NCBI GenBank assembly: GCA_963821525.1
Contig: CAWGED010000002.1
Location: forward strand, 1-39,223
DNA length: 39,223 nucleotides
Reading direction: 5' to 3'
Origin: an uncultured Gemmatimonadales bacterium
GTDB lineage: Bacteria > Gemmatimonadota > Gemmatimonadetes > Gemmatimonadales > GWC2-71-9
The notes under the pieces were generated by a model. It did no database searches, was not told where the DNA came from, and was given only the letters and a program-made list of their open reading frames with translations. Made by a program: the position numbers and the translations under genes. Positions within the stretch are counted from its first letter, which is position 1, and each line of letters starts with the position of its first letter. Positions 11,248 to 21,990 of the stretch are shown here, one piece after another.

Positions 11248-12123
11248 CTACATCACCACCGCTCCTCCCCGCGACGTCATCCCCGCAGGGATTGCGAGCA
11301 CCGGCACCATCCCTCCACGCAGCACCCGCTCGGTAGTCGAACCGCGTAAACCGTCGAGGAACCCGTCGCGGCCGGCCGTCGTCATCACGATGAGGTCGGC
11401 ACTGACCTCCTTGGCCGCGGAGAGGATCGTTTCCACAACCTCGCCCTCCTTGGTCAGCTTCCGCCAGGTCCAGCCGTCCTGCTCCTCGGTTTTGACGGAG
11501 GGCATTTCCCCGGTCTTGCCGACGTGCAGCAGCGTGAAGGTGATCTCCGGACACTGGAGTGCCCAGGTGAGTCGCTGCGCGGCCTCGATCGCCGCTCCGG
11601 GGCTCGGCATCGTGTCGACCGGGATCAGCACGTTCTTCAGCGAAGCGTTCCCGTCGGCGCGAGAGACGAATCCTTCGGATCCATAAGGAACGAACAGTGC
11701 TGCTGCTTCCGAGGCGCTGGCAATCGGTTGCGACATCACTTTCCCGCGGCCCCAGCGCATGCGCCCGTTGTGGGTATGCGCGGCGAGCACCACGAAATCC
11801 GTCGGATTCTCCTCGAGAAAGTGCTGGGCGGCGTGAATCGGGTCCTTCCCCTTCATCACGACCTTCCGCACCCCGAGCCCGACCGCGGCGACGGCGTTCT
11901 TGGGACTGTTGGGTGGGAGCACCCGCCAGCGCTCCAGCATCTGGCGCACTCCGGGGAACTCGCTCCACCCTTCCTGATCCCTCTCCGAAACATGGAGAAT
12001 GTCGAGCTCAGCCCTCGCGATGAGCGCGATCTTGAGCGCGTGAGCAAAGGCGACCTCGCTGCCTTCGGAGAAATCCGAAGGGTGGAAGATCACCTTGATG
12101 GGACGCCTGGAAGAAATGGGCAC
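11248..12123 (-). CDS. universal stress protein, tandem Usp domains
   Basis: IFHPSDFSEGSEVAFAHALKIA...LDILHV; second domain NVLIPVD...LLHV...ADLIVMTT...GSTTERVLR...PVLAI. Confidence 0.9.
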   Translation of the reverse strand: MPISSRRPIKVIFHPSDFSEGSEVAFAHALKIALIARAELDILHVSERDQEGWSEFPGVRQMLERWRVLPPNSPKNAVAAVGLGVRKVVMKGKDPIHAAQHFLEENPTDFVVLAAHTHNGRMRWGRGKVMSQPIASASEAAALFVPYGSEGFVSRADGNASLKNVLIPVDTMPSPGAAIEAAQRLTWALQCPEITFTLLHVGKTGEMPSVKTEEQDGWTWRKLTKEGEVVETILSAAKEVSADLIVMTTAGRDGFLDGLRGSTTERVLRGGMVPVLAIPAGMTSRGGAVVM

Positions 12124-12184
12124 GGATCCTTGTCCGGTTGTGTGACAGTTCGAGGTTACGGGCGTTGGAGGGGGACCGCAAGGA

Positions 12185-12280
12185 GCGGGAGAGGGGAGAC
12201 GGGAGACGGGAAAAGACGGGAGAACGGGGAACGGGGAACGGGGAACGGGGAATAGGGAGTAGGGAGTAGGGAGTAGGGAG
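12185..12280 (+). repeat. graded heptamer array GGGAGAC > GGGGAAC > GGGAGTA
   Basis: About 13 units of roughly 7 bp, with the unit sequence changing progressively along the array. Confidence 0.85.
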
Positions 12281-12335
12281 CCGGAAACCGCGAACGGGTG
12301 AGCTGCGAGAGGCCAGCGTGCATCCCGCTCACCGC

Positions 12336-13424
12336 TTACCGCTCACGATCCTTCGCTGCACCGGTCGACGGGTGCCCGGCCAGGCAACAGTCGAGGGGAC
12401 AGATGTCGTGACTCGGGCCGAGGGTGCCGAGCGCGCGACGTTCGGGTCGCTCCACCATTCGTTCCTGGATCAGCTCGCGGAGCATCGCGACGAATGCCGG
12501 CGCCGTTCCCACCGTCCTCGCCCGGACCAGCGTGAGCCCCAGCTCCTCGGCCTTCTCCCGGCTCTCGGTGTCCAGGTCGTAGCGGACTTCCATGTGGTCC
12601 GACAGGAATCCGATCGGATGGATCACCACATCCCGTACGCCCTGGCCGGCGAGCGCCTCCAAGTGCGCGCAAATGTCCGGCTCGAGCCACGGAACGTGAG
12701 GTGGTCCACTGCGGCTTTGATAGACGAGATCCCAGGAAGGAGCGCCGGCTGCCTCCGCAACGAGTCGGCTGGCCTCCAGCAGCTGGGGCTCGTAGGCGCT
12801 GGCGTGCGCCATGCCCATCGGGATGCTGTGCGCGGTAAAGATGACCCGCACCATCGAGCGGCGGCTCGGCCGGAAACTGATCCAGCGCATCCTTGAGATT
12901 GGCGGCGTTCGCTTCGATGAATCCCGGGTGATTGAAGAAGAGCCTCAGCTTGTCCACCTCGGGTGCTCCGGGGCCGGCGGCCTCGAGCGCCCGGATGACG
13001 TCTTCGCGATACTGCCGGCACCCGGAGTAGCAACCGAAGGCCGAGGTCACGAGTGCCAGGGCCCGGCGTACTCCGTCGTCTCGCATCTGCCGTATCGTGT
13101 CCGCCAGGTAGGGATGCCAGTTGCGATTTCCCAGATAGACCGGCAGTGCGGGAGGATGAGTTGCCAGCTCGCGCGGAGAGCGGCCACCAAGGCGCGATTC
13201 TGCTCGTTGATCGGGCTCACGCCGCCGAAGTGCTGATAGTGCTCCGCCACTGCCAGCAGGCGCTCCCTCGGCACCGGTCTGCCTCGAGTCACATTCTCGA
13301 GAAAGGGAAGTACATCGTCGGGACCTTCCGGTCCTCCGAATGAGACGACCAGCACCGCATCGTATGACCGGGCCACGTCATCGTAGAGCGATTCTTCGGC
13401 CGAGGCCGCGCCGTGAATAGTCAT
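12336..13424 (-). CDS. hemH: ferrochelatase (coproporphyrin ferrochelatase CpfC by context), multiple frameshifts
   Basis: [67 protein letters not shown] and C-terminal CPLDCC. The ATG overlaps the hemL TGA. Confidence 0.9.
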
Positions 13425-14723
13425 CTGGCTTCGCGGGCCTCCTCGTCCAGAGCCGCCTCGAATGCTTCGCCGGTGTGGCCTAGTTCCATCTGGCCATGCG
13501 CGGTAGACAGGAAGGCGGATTCGAACTGTGACGGCACCCAGTACACGCCCCGATCGAGCAGCCGGCGGAACAATCGGCCGAAGCGGGCAGTATCGCACCG
13601 GCGGGCGGACTCCCAATCGTGGACCGGCTGGTCGGTGAAGAAGACCGTGAGCATGGTCCCCACTCGCTGCACCCGCGCCGGAATTCCTCGCTTCGTTGCC
13701 AGACATTCGATCCGGTGAGCCAGGGCTTCGGTCGCCGTAGCGACTCGATCCCAGACGCCGGGGCGTTCCAGTTCGGTCAGAGTGGCGATCCCGGCACTCA
13801 TCGCGAGCGGATTTCCCGACAGGGTCCCCGCCTGGTACACCGGTCCCGCGGGTGCCACGAGTTCCATGATTTCACGGCGGCCGCCATAGGCCCCGACGGG
13901 CAATCCCCCGCCGATGACTTTTCCCAGCGTCGTCAGATCGGGGATCACACCGTACAGCCCCTGCGCTCCTCCCGGGTGCACGCGGAACCCGCACATCACT
14001 TCATCGAATACCAGGAGCGCGCCATGGGCGCGGGTGATCTCTCGCAGTCCAGCGAGAAACCCGGCGGCCGGTGGCACGACACCCATGTTGCCGGCCACCG
14101 GCTCCACGATGATGGCGGCGATCTGATCGGGGAACTGTCGGAAGAGTCTCGGTTACTGCGGCCAGGTCGTTGAAGGGCGCCACCAGCGTGTCACTCACGG
14201 CCCCGGCCGGGACTCCCGGCGAATCGGGCAGGCCGAGTGTGGCGACGCCGGATCCGGCCTGGACCAGCAGCAGGTCGGCGTGGCCGTGGTAGCAGCCGGC
14301 GAACTTCACGATCTTCGCACGCCGGGTGAAGGCCCGCGCCACCCGGAGCGCGCTCATCGTCGCTTCGGTCCCGGAGTTGACGAAGCGGATCATCTCGATC
14401 GAGGGGTAGAAGCGCTGGACCTTCTTCGCCAGCTCGACTTCGAGGGGAGTCGGAGCGCCATAGCTGGTTCCCCGCGACGCGGCCGCCGAGATCGCCGCAG
14501 TGATCGCGGGATGAGCATGCCCCAGGATCAACGGACCCCACGAGAGCATGTAGTCCACATAAAGGGAGCCGTCCACGTCTTCCAGCCACGCCCCTTCGCC
14601 GCGGGCGATGAACAGCGGGTCGCCGCCGACGGCGCGGAAGGCCCGCACCGGCGAGTCCACGCCGCCTGGAAGCAGGGTCTTCGCTTCGGCGAAGAGCGCA
14701 GCGGATCGCGCCGAACTTCTCAT
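13421..14723 (-). CDS. hemL: glutamate-1-semialdehyde 2,1-aminomutase, frameshift near 14140
   Basis: [45 protein letters not shown] lysine [20 protein letters not shown] and PSQFE. Confidence 0.95.
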
Positions 14724-16124
14724 GCGGCACCCACCGGTGTGGCGATGCTATCGGCCACGGCCCAGCCGGAGGCGATGCAGTCCGGAATTCCAACGCCGTG
14801 GAACGAGGCGCCGGCCAGATGCAGACCCGGATGCTCCGCGAGCATGCGGGCGATGCGTTCGATCCGTTGCCGGTGGCCCAGGGTGTACTGCGGCATGCCC
14901 GCGGGCCAGCGGGCTATGCGATAGAGCAGGGGCGATTCGGTCACTCCCACGACTCGGCGCAATTCCTCCATCGCGAGATCCAGCAGCACACTGTCTCCCG
15001 CTTGTACGACTTCGTCCGCGCCGGCCCGGCCGATGAAGCACCGCGCCAGCACCGCGTCCCGCGGTGCGCGCTCCGGGAACTTGTTCGAGGTCCAGGTGCA
15101 GGCGACCAGCGGTCCACCCTCGGCCCTTGGGCTCAGGTAGCCATAGCCTTGCGGCAAGGCGGGAAAGGCGATCCACGGAAAGGCGAGGGATATGGTGGCG
15201 GTGGAGACGAATGGAATGGTGCGAAGCGCCGCACTCAGATCGGGGCTGAGCGATTCAAGGATGGGGGCGCTGGCGTGCGCCGGCGTTGCCAGCACGACGG
15301 TGTCAGCCTCGATGGTTCGCCCGTCCGCCAGCTCCACGCAGTAGCCCCGCCCGACCACGGTCTTCGCGCACCCGCTTCACCCTGGTGCCGAGGAGGATCG
15401 AGGCGCCGGCCATCCGCGTGGTGAGCGCCTCCACCAGCTCTCCCAACCCTCCCTTTAGCGTGACGAATCCGGTACGAGTTGGCGAGGAGGATGCCGGCCC
15501 GCCGTTCCGCCCAAAGAGCAAGGGCTTGAGCAGGCTTCCGTCACGCAATTCCGTCTCCCGCATTTGCGGGAAGGTGGACTCCAGGCTCAGCGTTTCTCCA
15601 TCGCCGGCGTAGATCCCACTCAACAGCGGCTCGATCAACCAGTCATATGCCTCGCGACCGAAACGACGGCGGGAGAATTCGGCCACCGACTCTTCCGGCG
15701 CGGTACCACGGCGCGGTACGAACAGCTCGAGCCCGGCGCGGACTCGACCTGGCAGCGAGAGAATGCCGGTGGTGAGAAGCGGCATGAGCCGGGAGGGGAC
15801 CAATCCGGTGATTCCGTCGGGCAGCGGGTGGAGGCGGCCGTCGCGCTTCACAAAGCTCTTGCGCGTGGAGGGGTTGGTCCCGATCAGCCGATCCGAGAGT
15901 CCCAATCGCCGGCAGAGCTCGATGCCGGCGGGCTTTGCCGCGAGGAAACAGTCAGGACCGCTCTCCAGGACGAACTCGCCGGTCCGCTCGGTTCGGATCT
16001 TTCCGCCCAGGCTGGATTCTGCTTCGATCAGGGTGATGCTGGCCGGATCGAGCCGTTCCGCCAATCGGGTCGCGGCCGCGAGCCCGCTGATTCCACCGCC
16101 GACGACCACCACCGAGGCACGCAT
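14720..16124 (-). CDS. hemY: HemY-type FAD coproporphyrinogen/protoporphyrinogen oxidase (CgoX), frameshift near 15360
   Basis: [57 protein letters not shown] and GVGIPDCI. Confidence 0.92.
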
Positions 16125-16127
16125 CGC

Positions 16128-17183
16128 TTACCGGGCCCGGGTGGTCGCTTCGTGGACCATGTCCACCACCGCGCGAACCCGCTCCACCGGCGTTCCGGGC
16201 AGGATGCCGTGGCCCAGGTTGAAGATGTGTCCCGGCCGGCCATCTGCCCGCCGGATGATGTCGTTCACTCGAGTGCGCAGTTCGGGGAGCGGTGCAAAGA
16301 GAGCGACCGGATCGAGGTTTCCCTGAACGGCACGCTCGTGGCCGATCCGTTGCCAGCCGCGGTCGAGCGGAGTGCGCCAGTCGAGACCAAACACCTCGCC
16401 GCGTGCTTCGGTCATCGTCTCGAGGAGATGTTCGGTGCCCACGCCGAAGTGGATGCGGGGTACCCCGAGTCTCGCGAGACGGTCGAAGAGCGCGCGACTG
16501 TGGGGCAGGACGTAGTCCCGGTAGTCCGCCTCGCTCAATTGGCCGGCCCAGCTGTCGAAGACCTGCACCGCCTGCGCACCGGCCGCCACCTGTGCGACGA
16601 GGAAATCGGCCAGCACATCGGTCAGTGTCGAGAGCAGGCGGTGCCACAGCGCGGGTGCCTCGTACATCATCCGCTTGCTTTCCAGGAGATGGCGAGACGG
16701 GCCGCCCTCGATCGCGTAGGTGGCAACGGTAAATGGAGCGCCGGCGAATCCGAGCAGCGGGGTTTCAGGGGCGAGGTGCCGGCGCACGAGCCTGATGGTC
16801 TCGAGCGTCGCGGCCAGGTCGGTTTCCGCGTCGACCTCACGCAGTGCGTCCACCTGCTCGGCGCGACGCACGGGATTCCGAATCAGCGGGCCTTCTCCGC
16901 TCACGAACTCCAGCTCGAGGCCCATCGGCACCAGCGGCAGCAGGATGTCTGCGAACAGGATCGCGGCATCCACGCCCAGCTTTCGCACTGGTTGCAGGGT
17001 GATCTCCGCCGCCAACTCCGGCCGGGCACAGATCTCGAGTACCGAATGGTGAGCCCGGATCGCGCGATACTCCGCCATGTACCGGCCCGCCTGGCGCATG
17101 AACCAGACTGGAGTCATCGCGGTCGGGCGACACGCGGCCGCGGCCAGCAATGGGGCCTCGGTTTCGATCGGGGTCACAGCCAT
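16128..17183 (-). CDS. hemE: uroporphyrinogen decarboxylase
   Basis: PVWFMRQAGRYMAEY, AAILFADIL, GFAGAPFT, QVFDSW, QGNLDP and FNLGHGI. Start at MAVTPIE. Confidence 0.95.
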   Translation of the reverse strand: MAVTPIETEAPLLAAAACRPTAMTPVWFMRQAGRYMAEYRAIRAHHSVLEICARPELAAEITLQPVRKLGVDAAILFADILLPLVPMGLELEFVSGEGPLIRNPVRRAEQVDALREVDAETDLAATLETIRLVRRHLAPETPLLGFAGAPFTVATYAIEGGPSRHLLESKRMMYEAPALWHRLLSTLTDVLADFLVAQVAAGAQAVQVFDSWAGQLSEADYRDYVLPHSRALFDRLARLGVPRIHFGVGTEHLLETMTEARGEVFGLDWRTPLDRGWQRIGHERAVQGNLDPVALFAPLPELRTRVNDIIRRADGRPGHIFNLGHGILPGTPVERVRAVVDMVHEATTRAR

Positions 17184-17863
17184 GCGGCGAGAGCCTCCGC
17201 ATCGGGCTGGTAGACTCCTGCGTGCAGCGGCCAGTCGCGCGCCGTGTAGACCCGAACTTCGGTGGACCTCAGCTCCTGGACCAAGGCCAGGAAGCGCCGC
17301 ATGTCCTCCGTCTCGTAGGCGACGATGAACTCCTGGTCCTGCAGCCCGAAGCAGTAGACCAGCAACTGGGTGATGTCCTTGTACTGAGTTCCGATCTTGA
17401 TGTGACCCGCCATCAGCTCTCCGCGCTTCTCCCGGTCGAGCAGGTACCACTCCGGGGTCTTCACGAAGGGGTAGACGATCAAGTACGGCTCCCGATTCGG
17501 TGCGAACGGGTCGAGCTCCTGAGTCGAACGGCTCTTGGTGTACTGTGAGGGCCGGGTATAACCCCACAGCACGTCGCTGCTGCGGAGGAACCGGCGGGCC
17601 GGTGCCAGCGCGGAAGCCCATCCGGCGAAGAAACAACGACTCGCCTCGGGTGAGGCCGAGGCGGAGGCGGTCCAGGTGAGCAGATCTCCCCGGCTCTCCA
17701 GCGCCGCAAGCTGGTAGAGATGCACCGCGTCCACCGATTGCCTGAGACGGGACAGGAAATCGTCCCGCACCTCACGACGCGACTCCTGGGGGAGCTTCCA
17801 GTAGTCGTCGGTGAACGACAGGGTGGCGAAGTGGTTCAGGGTTTCGGGGGTCTGCTCGGCCAT
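17174..17863 (-). CDS. chdC: coproheme decarboxylase (chlorite dismutase superfamily, HemQ/ChdC)
   Basis: YPFVKTPEWY (Tyr/Lys motif), proximal HIKIG, Gln rather than Arg at the distal position (ITQLLVYCFG), and location inside the hem operon. Confidence 0.85.
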   Translation of the reverse strand: MAEQTPETLNHFATLSFTDDYWKLPQESRREVRDDFLSRLRQSVDAVHLYQLAALESRGDLLTWTASASASPEASRCFFAGWASALAPARRFLRSSDVLWGYTRPSQYTKSRSTQELDPFAPNREPYLIVYPFVKTPEWYLLDREKRGELMAGHIKIGTQYKDITQLLVYCFGLQDQEFIVAYETEDMRRFLALVQELRSTEVRVYTARDWPLHAGVYQPDAEALAAWL

Positions 17864-17880
17864 TCAAGTGCTCCGATAGG

Positions 17881-18882
17881 TCACTCCGCGAGCCAGGTGG
17901 CGGCGTCGCGGGCGTGATAGGTGATGATGAGATCGGCGCCGGCGCGCCGGATGCCGGTGAGGATTTCGAGCGCTACGCGACGTTCGTCGACCCAGCCATT
18001 TGCCGCGGCCGCCTTCACCATGGAGTACTCGCCGCTGACGTTGTAGGCCGCGAGCGGGAGATCGGGAAAGCGATCGCGCGTCGCCCGGATCACGTCGAGG
18101 TAGGCGAGCGCCGGCTTCACCATCAGGCCGTCGGCTCCCTCCTCGACGTCCAGGGCGTGTTCCCGCATCGCCTCCCGCACGTTGGAAGGATCCATCTGGT
18201 GGGTGCTGCGGTCTCCGAAGCGGGGTGCGCCTTCGGCCGCATCGCGGAATGGGCCGTAGAAGCCCGAGGCGTATTTCACCGAATAGGAAAGAATCGGGAG
18301 CGAGTGGAAGCCGCCGGCGTCGAGATCGCGCCGGATCGCGGCCACCATTCCATCCAGCATCCCTGAGGGTGCCACCACATCGGCTCCCGCTTCCGCCTGG
18401 GAGACCGCGGTGCGACCGAGAATCTCGAGCGTCCTGTCGTTGAGCACGTACCCTTCGGGCAGGCGCGGGTCCTTCGGTCCCGCCAGGCCGTTGATCAGGC
18501 CGCAGTGGCCATGATCGGTGTACTCGCAGAGACACACATCGGTCATCACGACGAGTTCCGGCAGCGCGTTCTTGATCTCTCGCACTGCTTTCTGGACGAC
18601 GCCGTCGGGTGGATAGGCTCCGCTTCCTTCCGCATCCTTGTGGGCCGGGATTCCGAAGAGCAGCACCGAGCGGATGCCGAGTGCCGCAAGCGAACGGGCC
18701 TCTTCGGCGATGCGGTTGATCGGCCACTGGTGGACGCCAGGCATGGAGGCGATCGGCTGCGGGGCAGCAATCCGCTCGCTCACGAAGAGCGGAGCCACGA
18801 GATCGTCGGCGAGGAGCGTCGTTTCCCGGACCAGCGTCCGAAGGGCCGGAGTCAGTCGCCAGCGGCGGGGCCGGGTGATCAT
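17881..18882 (-). CDS. hemB: porphobilinogen synthase (Zn-type)
   Basis: [47 protein letters not shown] and [10 protein letters not shown]. Confidence 0.96.
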   Translation of the reverse strand: MITRPRRWRLTPALRTLVRETTLLADDLVAPLFVSERIAAPQPIASMPGVHQWPINRIAEEARSLAALGIRSVLLFGIPAHKDAEGSGAYPPDGVVQKAVREIKNALPELVVMTDVCLCEYTDHGHCGLINGLAGPKDPRLPEGYVLNDRTLEILGRTAVSQAEAGADVVAPSGMLDGMVAAIRRDLDAGGFHSLPILSYSVKYASGFYGPFRDAAEGAPRFGDRSTHQMDPSNVREAMREHALDVEEGADGLMVKPALAYLDVIRATRDRFPDLPLAAYNVSGEYSMVKAAAANGWVDERRVALEILTGIRRAGADLIITYHARDAATWLAE

Positions 18883-19652
18883 GACCGCCCCGCGCGTCGA
18901 GCGAAGTGAGACTCGAGAATCTCGATCAGCCCCTGGGACGTGGAATGGTGGGCCTGTATCGGCTGGGCCAGGCCCAGATCGGTCACAGCCGCCGCAGTGA
19001 CCGGTCCGATGCAAGCCACGACGCTCCGAGCCAGGAGTTTGGCGGAATCGGGTCCCACGAGAGAAACGAAGTTGTGCACGGTGGATGGAGAGGTGAACGT
19101 GATGGCGTCGACCCCGGCGCGCAGCGCGGTAAGGCCGAAGCGATCAGACGCTGGCATGACGGTTTGGTAGGCGACGACTTCATCGACCACGGCACCCGCG
19201 TCACGAAGCGCCTCGGCGGTCTCTTCGCGACCGATGTCGGCCCGAGGCAACAGCACCCGCAGGTTGTCCAGGCCGCCCAAGGCGTCCGCGATCGCGGCAC
19301 CGCGAAAAGTCGTCGGTACTGCGTCGATCGCTGCACCGCGCTCGACCAGCTCCGCCCCAGTGGCAGGCCCGACGGCGGCAATCCGTCTGGCACCGGCGAG
19401 GTTCGTTCGCCCGAGCGCTCTGAGCCGGTCCCAGACTGCGCTCACCGTGTTGGCGCTGGTGAAGACGATCCAGTCGTACTGGTCGAGGTGGGTCAGCGCG
19501 TCGTCGAGCGCGGAGCAATCGTCCAGCGGCCGGATTTCGATCGTCGGGAAGAGGATCGGAATCGCTCCTCGAGCCGACAGCGCCTGGGCGAAAGGCTCCG
19601 CCTGCGCGCGGGATCGAGTGATCACTACCGATCGTCCTTCCAGACCACTCAT
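18879..19652 (-). CDS. hemD: uroporphyrinogen-III synthase
   Basis: [38 protein letters not shown] and CIGPVTA. Confidence 0.93.
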   Translation of the reverse strand: MSGLEGRSVVITRSRAQAEPFAQALSARGAIPILFPTIEIRPLDDCSALDDALTHLDQYDWIVFTSANTVSAVWDRLRALGRTNLAGARRIAAVGPATGAELVERGAAIDAVPTTFRGAAIADALGGLDNLRVLLPRADIGREETAEALRDAGAVVDEVVAYQTVMPASDRFGLTALRAGVDAITFTSPSTVHNFVSLVGPDSAKLLARSVVACIGPVTAAAVTDLGLAQPIQAHHSTSQGLIEILESHFARRAGRS

Positions 19653-20570
19653 GCGAGGAGTGCCTCGGCGCCCTTGGCGCGCGCTTCGGCCGCAAGACGT
19701 AATCCCACTCGGCGGCCATCGGCCGCGGGTCCCTCCCAGACGAGCCTGATTTGCCGCTGGCCATCGAGTGACAGGACCAGTCCTTCCAGGTGAATGCGCC
19801 CCTCATCAGCCCGGCCGAACGCCGCGATCGGTGCGGCACAGCCTCCACCGAGCCCCTCGAGAAATCCCCGCTCGGCATCGGTCGCGGCGCGCACGTTTCT
19901 CTCCTCCAGCCCACGCAGTAACTCGAGCATAGCGGCATCGTCGGCGCGGCACTGAACTGCCAGCGCACCTTGCCCGGGGGCGGGGAGCATGATCTCGAGG
20001 GGCAGGTATTCCGTGATCGCGGAGGTGAGGCCCAACCGATGGACTCCGGCCGCGGCGATCACGATCGCGTCGAACTCTCCCGCTTGCGCCTTGGCGACCC
20101 GAGTGTCCACGTTGCCGCGCAACGGGGCGAGCTGAAGATCCGGGCGGTGTACCAGGAGTTGAGCGGCTCGTCGAGTGCTGCAGGTGCCGACCTTGGCACC
20201 GATCGGAAGCGTCGCGAGGGTCCAGCCTTTCGCCGAGATCAATACCTCGCGGGGATCTTCCCGCATGCCGACCGCGGCGAGCGTCAATCCGGCAGACGGC
20301 TCAACCGGAACATCCTTGAGCGAGTGGACCGCGAGGTCGATCGTGCCGTCGTGGAGCGCCTGCTCCAACTCCTGGGTGAACACGCCCTTCCCGCCAATTT
20401 CCGGCAGCGGGGTGCGGAGATCGCGATCGCCTTCGGTCGAGATCTCGACGCTCCGGAACTCGATGGTCGGATCGAGTCGAGCGAGCGCCTTCCGGAACCA
20501 GGTCGGTCTGGAGGCGTGCGAGTCGGGAGGCACGGGTCCCCAGGCGTATGGCGCTCAAGACCGAAGTCAT
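19649..20570 (-). CDS. hemC: hydroxymethylbilane synthase, frameshift near N-terminus
   Basis: IRLGTRASRLARLQT (20570 frame), then TEGDR, GGKGVFT, AVHSLKD, RGNVDTR, PAPGQGAL and cofactor-binding GGC. Confidence 0.94.
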
Positions 20571-21899
20571 GCCGGGTCAGGCTCCGCCTCGGCTGAGGAC
20601 GGCGAAGAGAGGTGGAGATCGAAGAGTTCTCGGATTGTTTCGACGTAGAGGCGGGAACGGACGGGGTCGATCTCGTTGCGGAGCCGAGTTGATGGAGCAT
20701 GGAGCAGCTTGGTGACGAGCGCCTTGGACAGCGCCTCGATCTCCTCGCGCACCTCAGGGTCCTTCGCATCGAGCCGGCGAAGGACCCGTTCAATCTCCTG
20801 AAGCCGAATCTCCTCCCCCCGGGAGTGCATGGCGCTCAGGACAGGCCTGAGTTGTGCTCCGTGTCGCCAGGCTTCAAACAGCGTCACTTCTTCTTCGATG
20901 ATGGCTTCGACCAGCGGAACCTCCCGACGCCGGTCGGCAAGGTTCCCGTTCAGCCTCTGCTGCAGGGTGTCGAGGTCGTACAGCCGTACTCCGGAGAGTT
21001 CGCCAACCTTGGGATCCACGTCACGCGGCACGGCCAGATCAACCAGGGTCAGGTCATCTCGCCGCACGGCCTTCGAGCGCCGACTCTACCATCTCTCGAC
21101 CGATCACGGCATGCGGTGCCGCGGTCAAAGTCAGAACGATGTCAGTCGCGCGAAGCGCCTCACCGAGCTCCTGCCAGGGCAGGGCACGCGCACCGATCGC
21201 CGGCACAAGGCTCTTCGCGCGATCGGGGTTGCGTCCGATGACGCTGAGATTGGTGAAGCCATTGCTTCGCAGGAGAGTTCCCAGCAACCGGGCCTGCTCT
21301 CCGGTTCCTACGATCAACACCGCGGACGCCGCCGAAGCGATTTCGCGTACCAGCCGCACCGCCTCCGAGGCGATGCTCATCGGATTGCGGCAGATCCCCG
21401 TCTCGACTCTGGCCCGGCGGCCTGCGCGGATCGCGGTCCGGAAGGCCGCCTCCAGAATCGGACCCGAGGCGTTGGCCTGCATCGCCCACTCATGGGCGGT
21501 CGCCACCTGGCCCAGTACTTCAGACTCGCCGAGGATCATCGAATCGAGTCCCGTGGCGACGGCGCAGAGATGCCGCAGCGCCTGGGTGCTCGCGTGGGTA
21601 TATAAGGAAGGACGGATGTCTTCTGGCGAGAGTCGTCCAAATCGGATCAGTACATTGGTGAGCAGGGCCGGAACATCGGAGAACCGAACGGCGGGATTGT
21701 GCGCCGCTGCATAGAGCTCGGTTCGGTTACAGGTGGAGACGAGAGTCAACTCGGCGATCCCGGCCGAGCGCAGTTCTCTGTCCCGCGCCTTCTCCAGGGC
21801 GGAAAGAACTTCTTCCCTCCCAAAAGCGAGTCGCTCGCGCACGGCAAGCGGCGCGGTGTGATGACTCAGGCCGACGCAGGCAAGCGGCATTCGGTCCAC
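20567..21899 (-). CDS. hemA: glutamyl-tRNA reductase, frameshift near 21065
   Basis: GLSHHTAPLAVRE, STCNRTELY, GLDSMILGESEVLGQV, VRETGI-like RVETGI and DLAVPRDV. RBS AAGGAGGA before a GTG start. Confidence 0.94.
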
Positions 21900-21990
21900 T
21901 CCTCCTTGGACCGAACCTAGGGTTCGCGCCGCCTGGGCCGCTATTGGGAGAAGTACAGGCTGGCGATACGTAGGTTTACGGTAGGGACCT

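Noticed and set aside
15564..17213. Long antisense ORFs (also 4650-6050, 31765-33315, 37656-39179)
   Set aside because: These are shadow ORFs opposite well-supported genes, expected in high-GC DNA, and they show no motifs.
16128..17636. 502-aa HemE with a long N-terminal extension or ChdC-HemE fusion
   Set aside because: The extension is an alternative frame overlapping chdC. HemE similarity begins at the ATG at 17183.
17174..17863. True chlorite dismutase
   Set aside because: It has Gln instead of the catalytic distal Arg, has no signal peptide, and lies within the heme operon.
12336..21899. Programmed frameshifting or pseudogenised heme pathway
   Set aside because: No shared slippery motif was seen, the breaks also hit unrelated genes, and active-site motifs are intact. 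Sequencing indels are more parsimonious.
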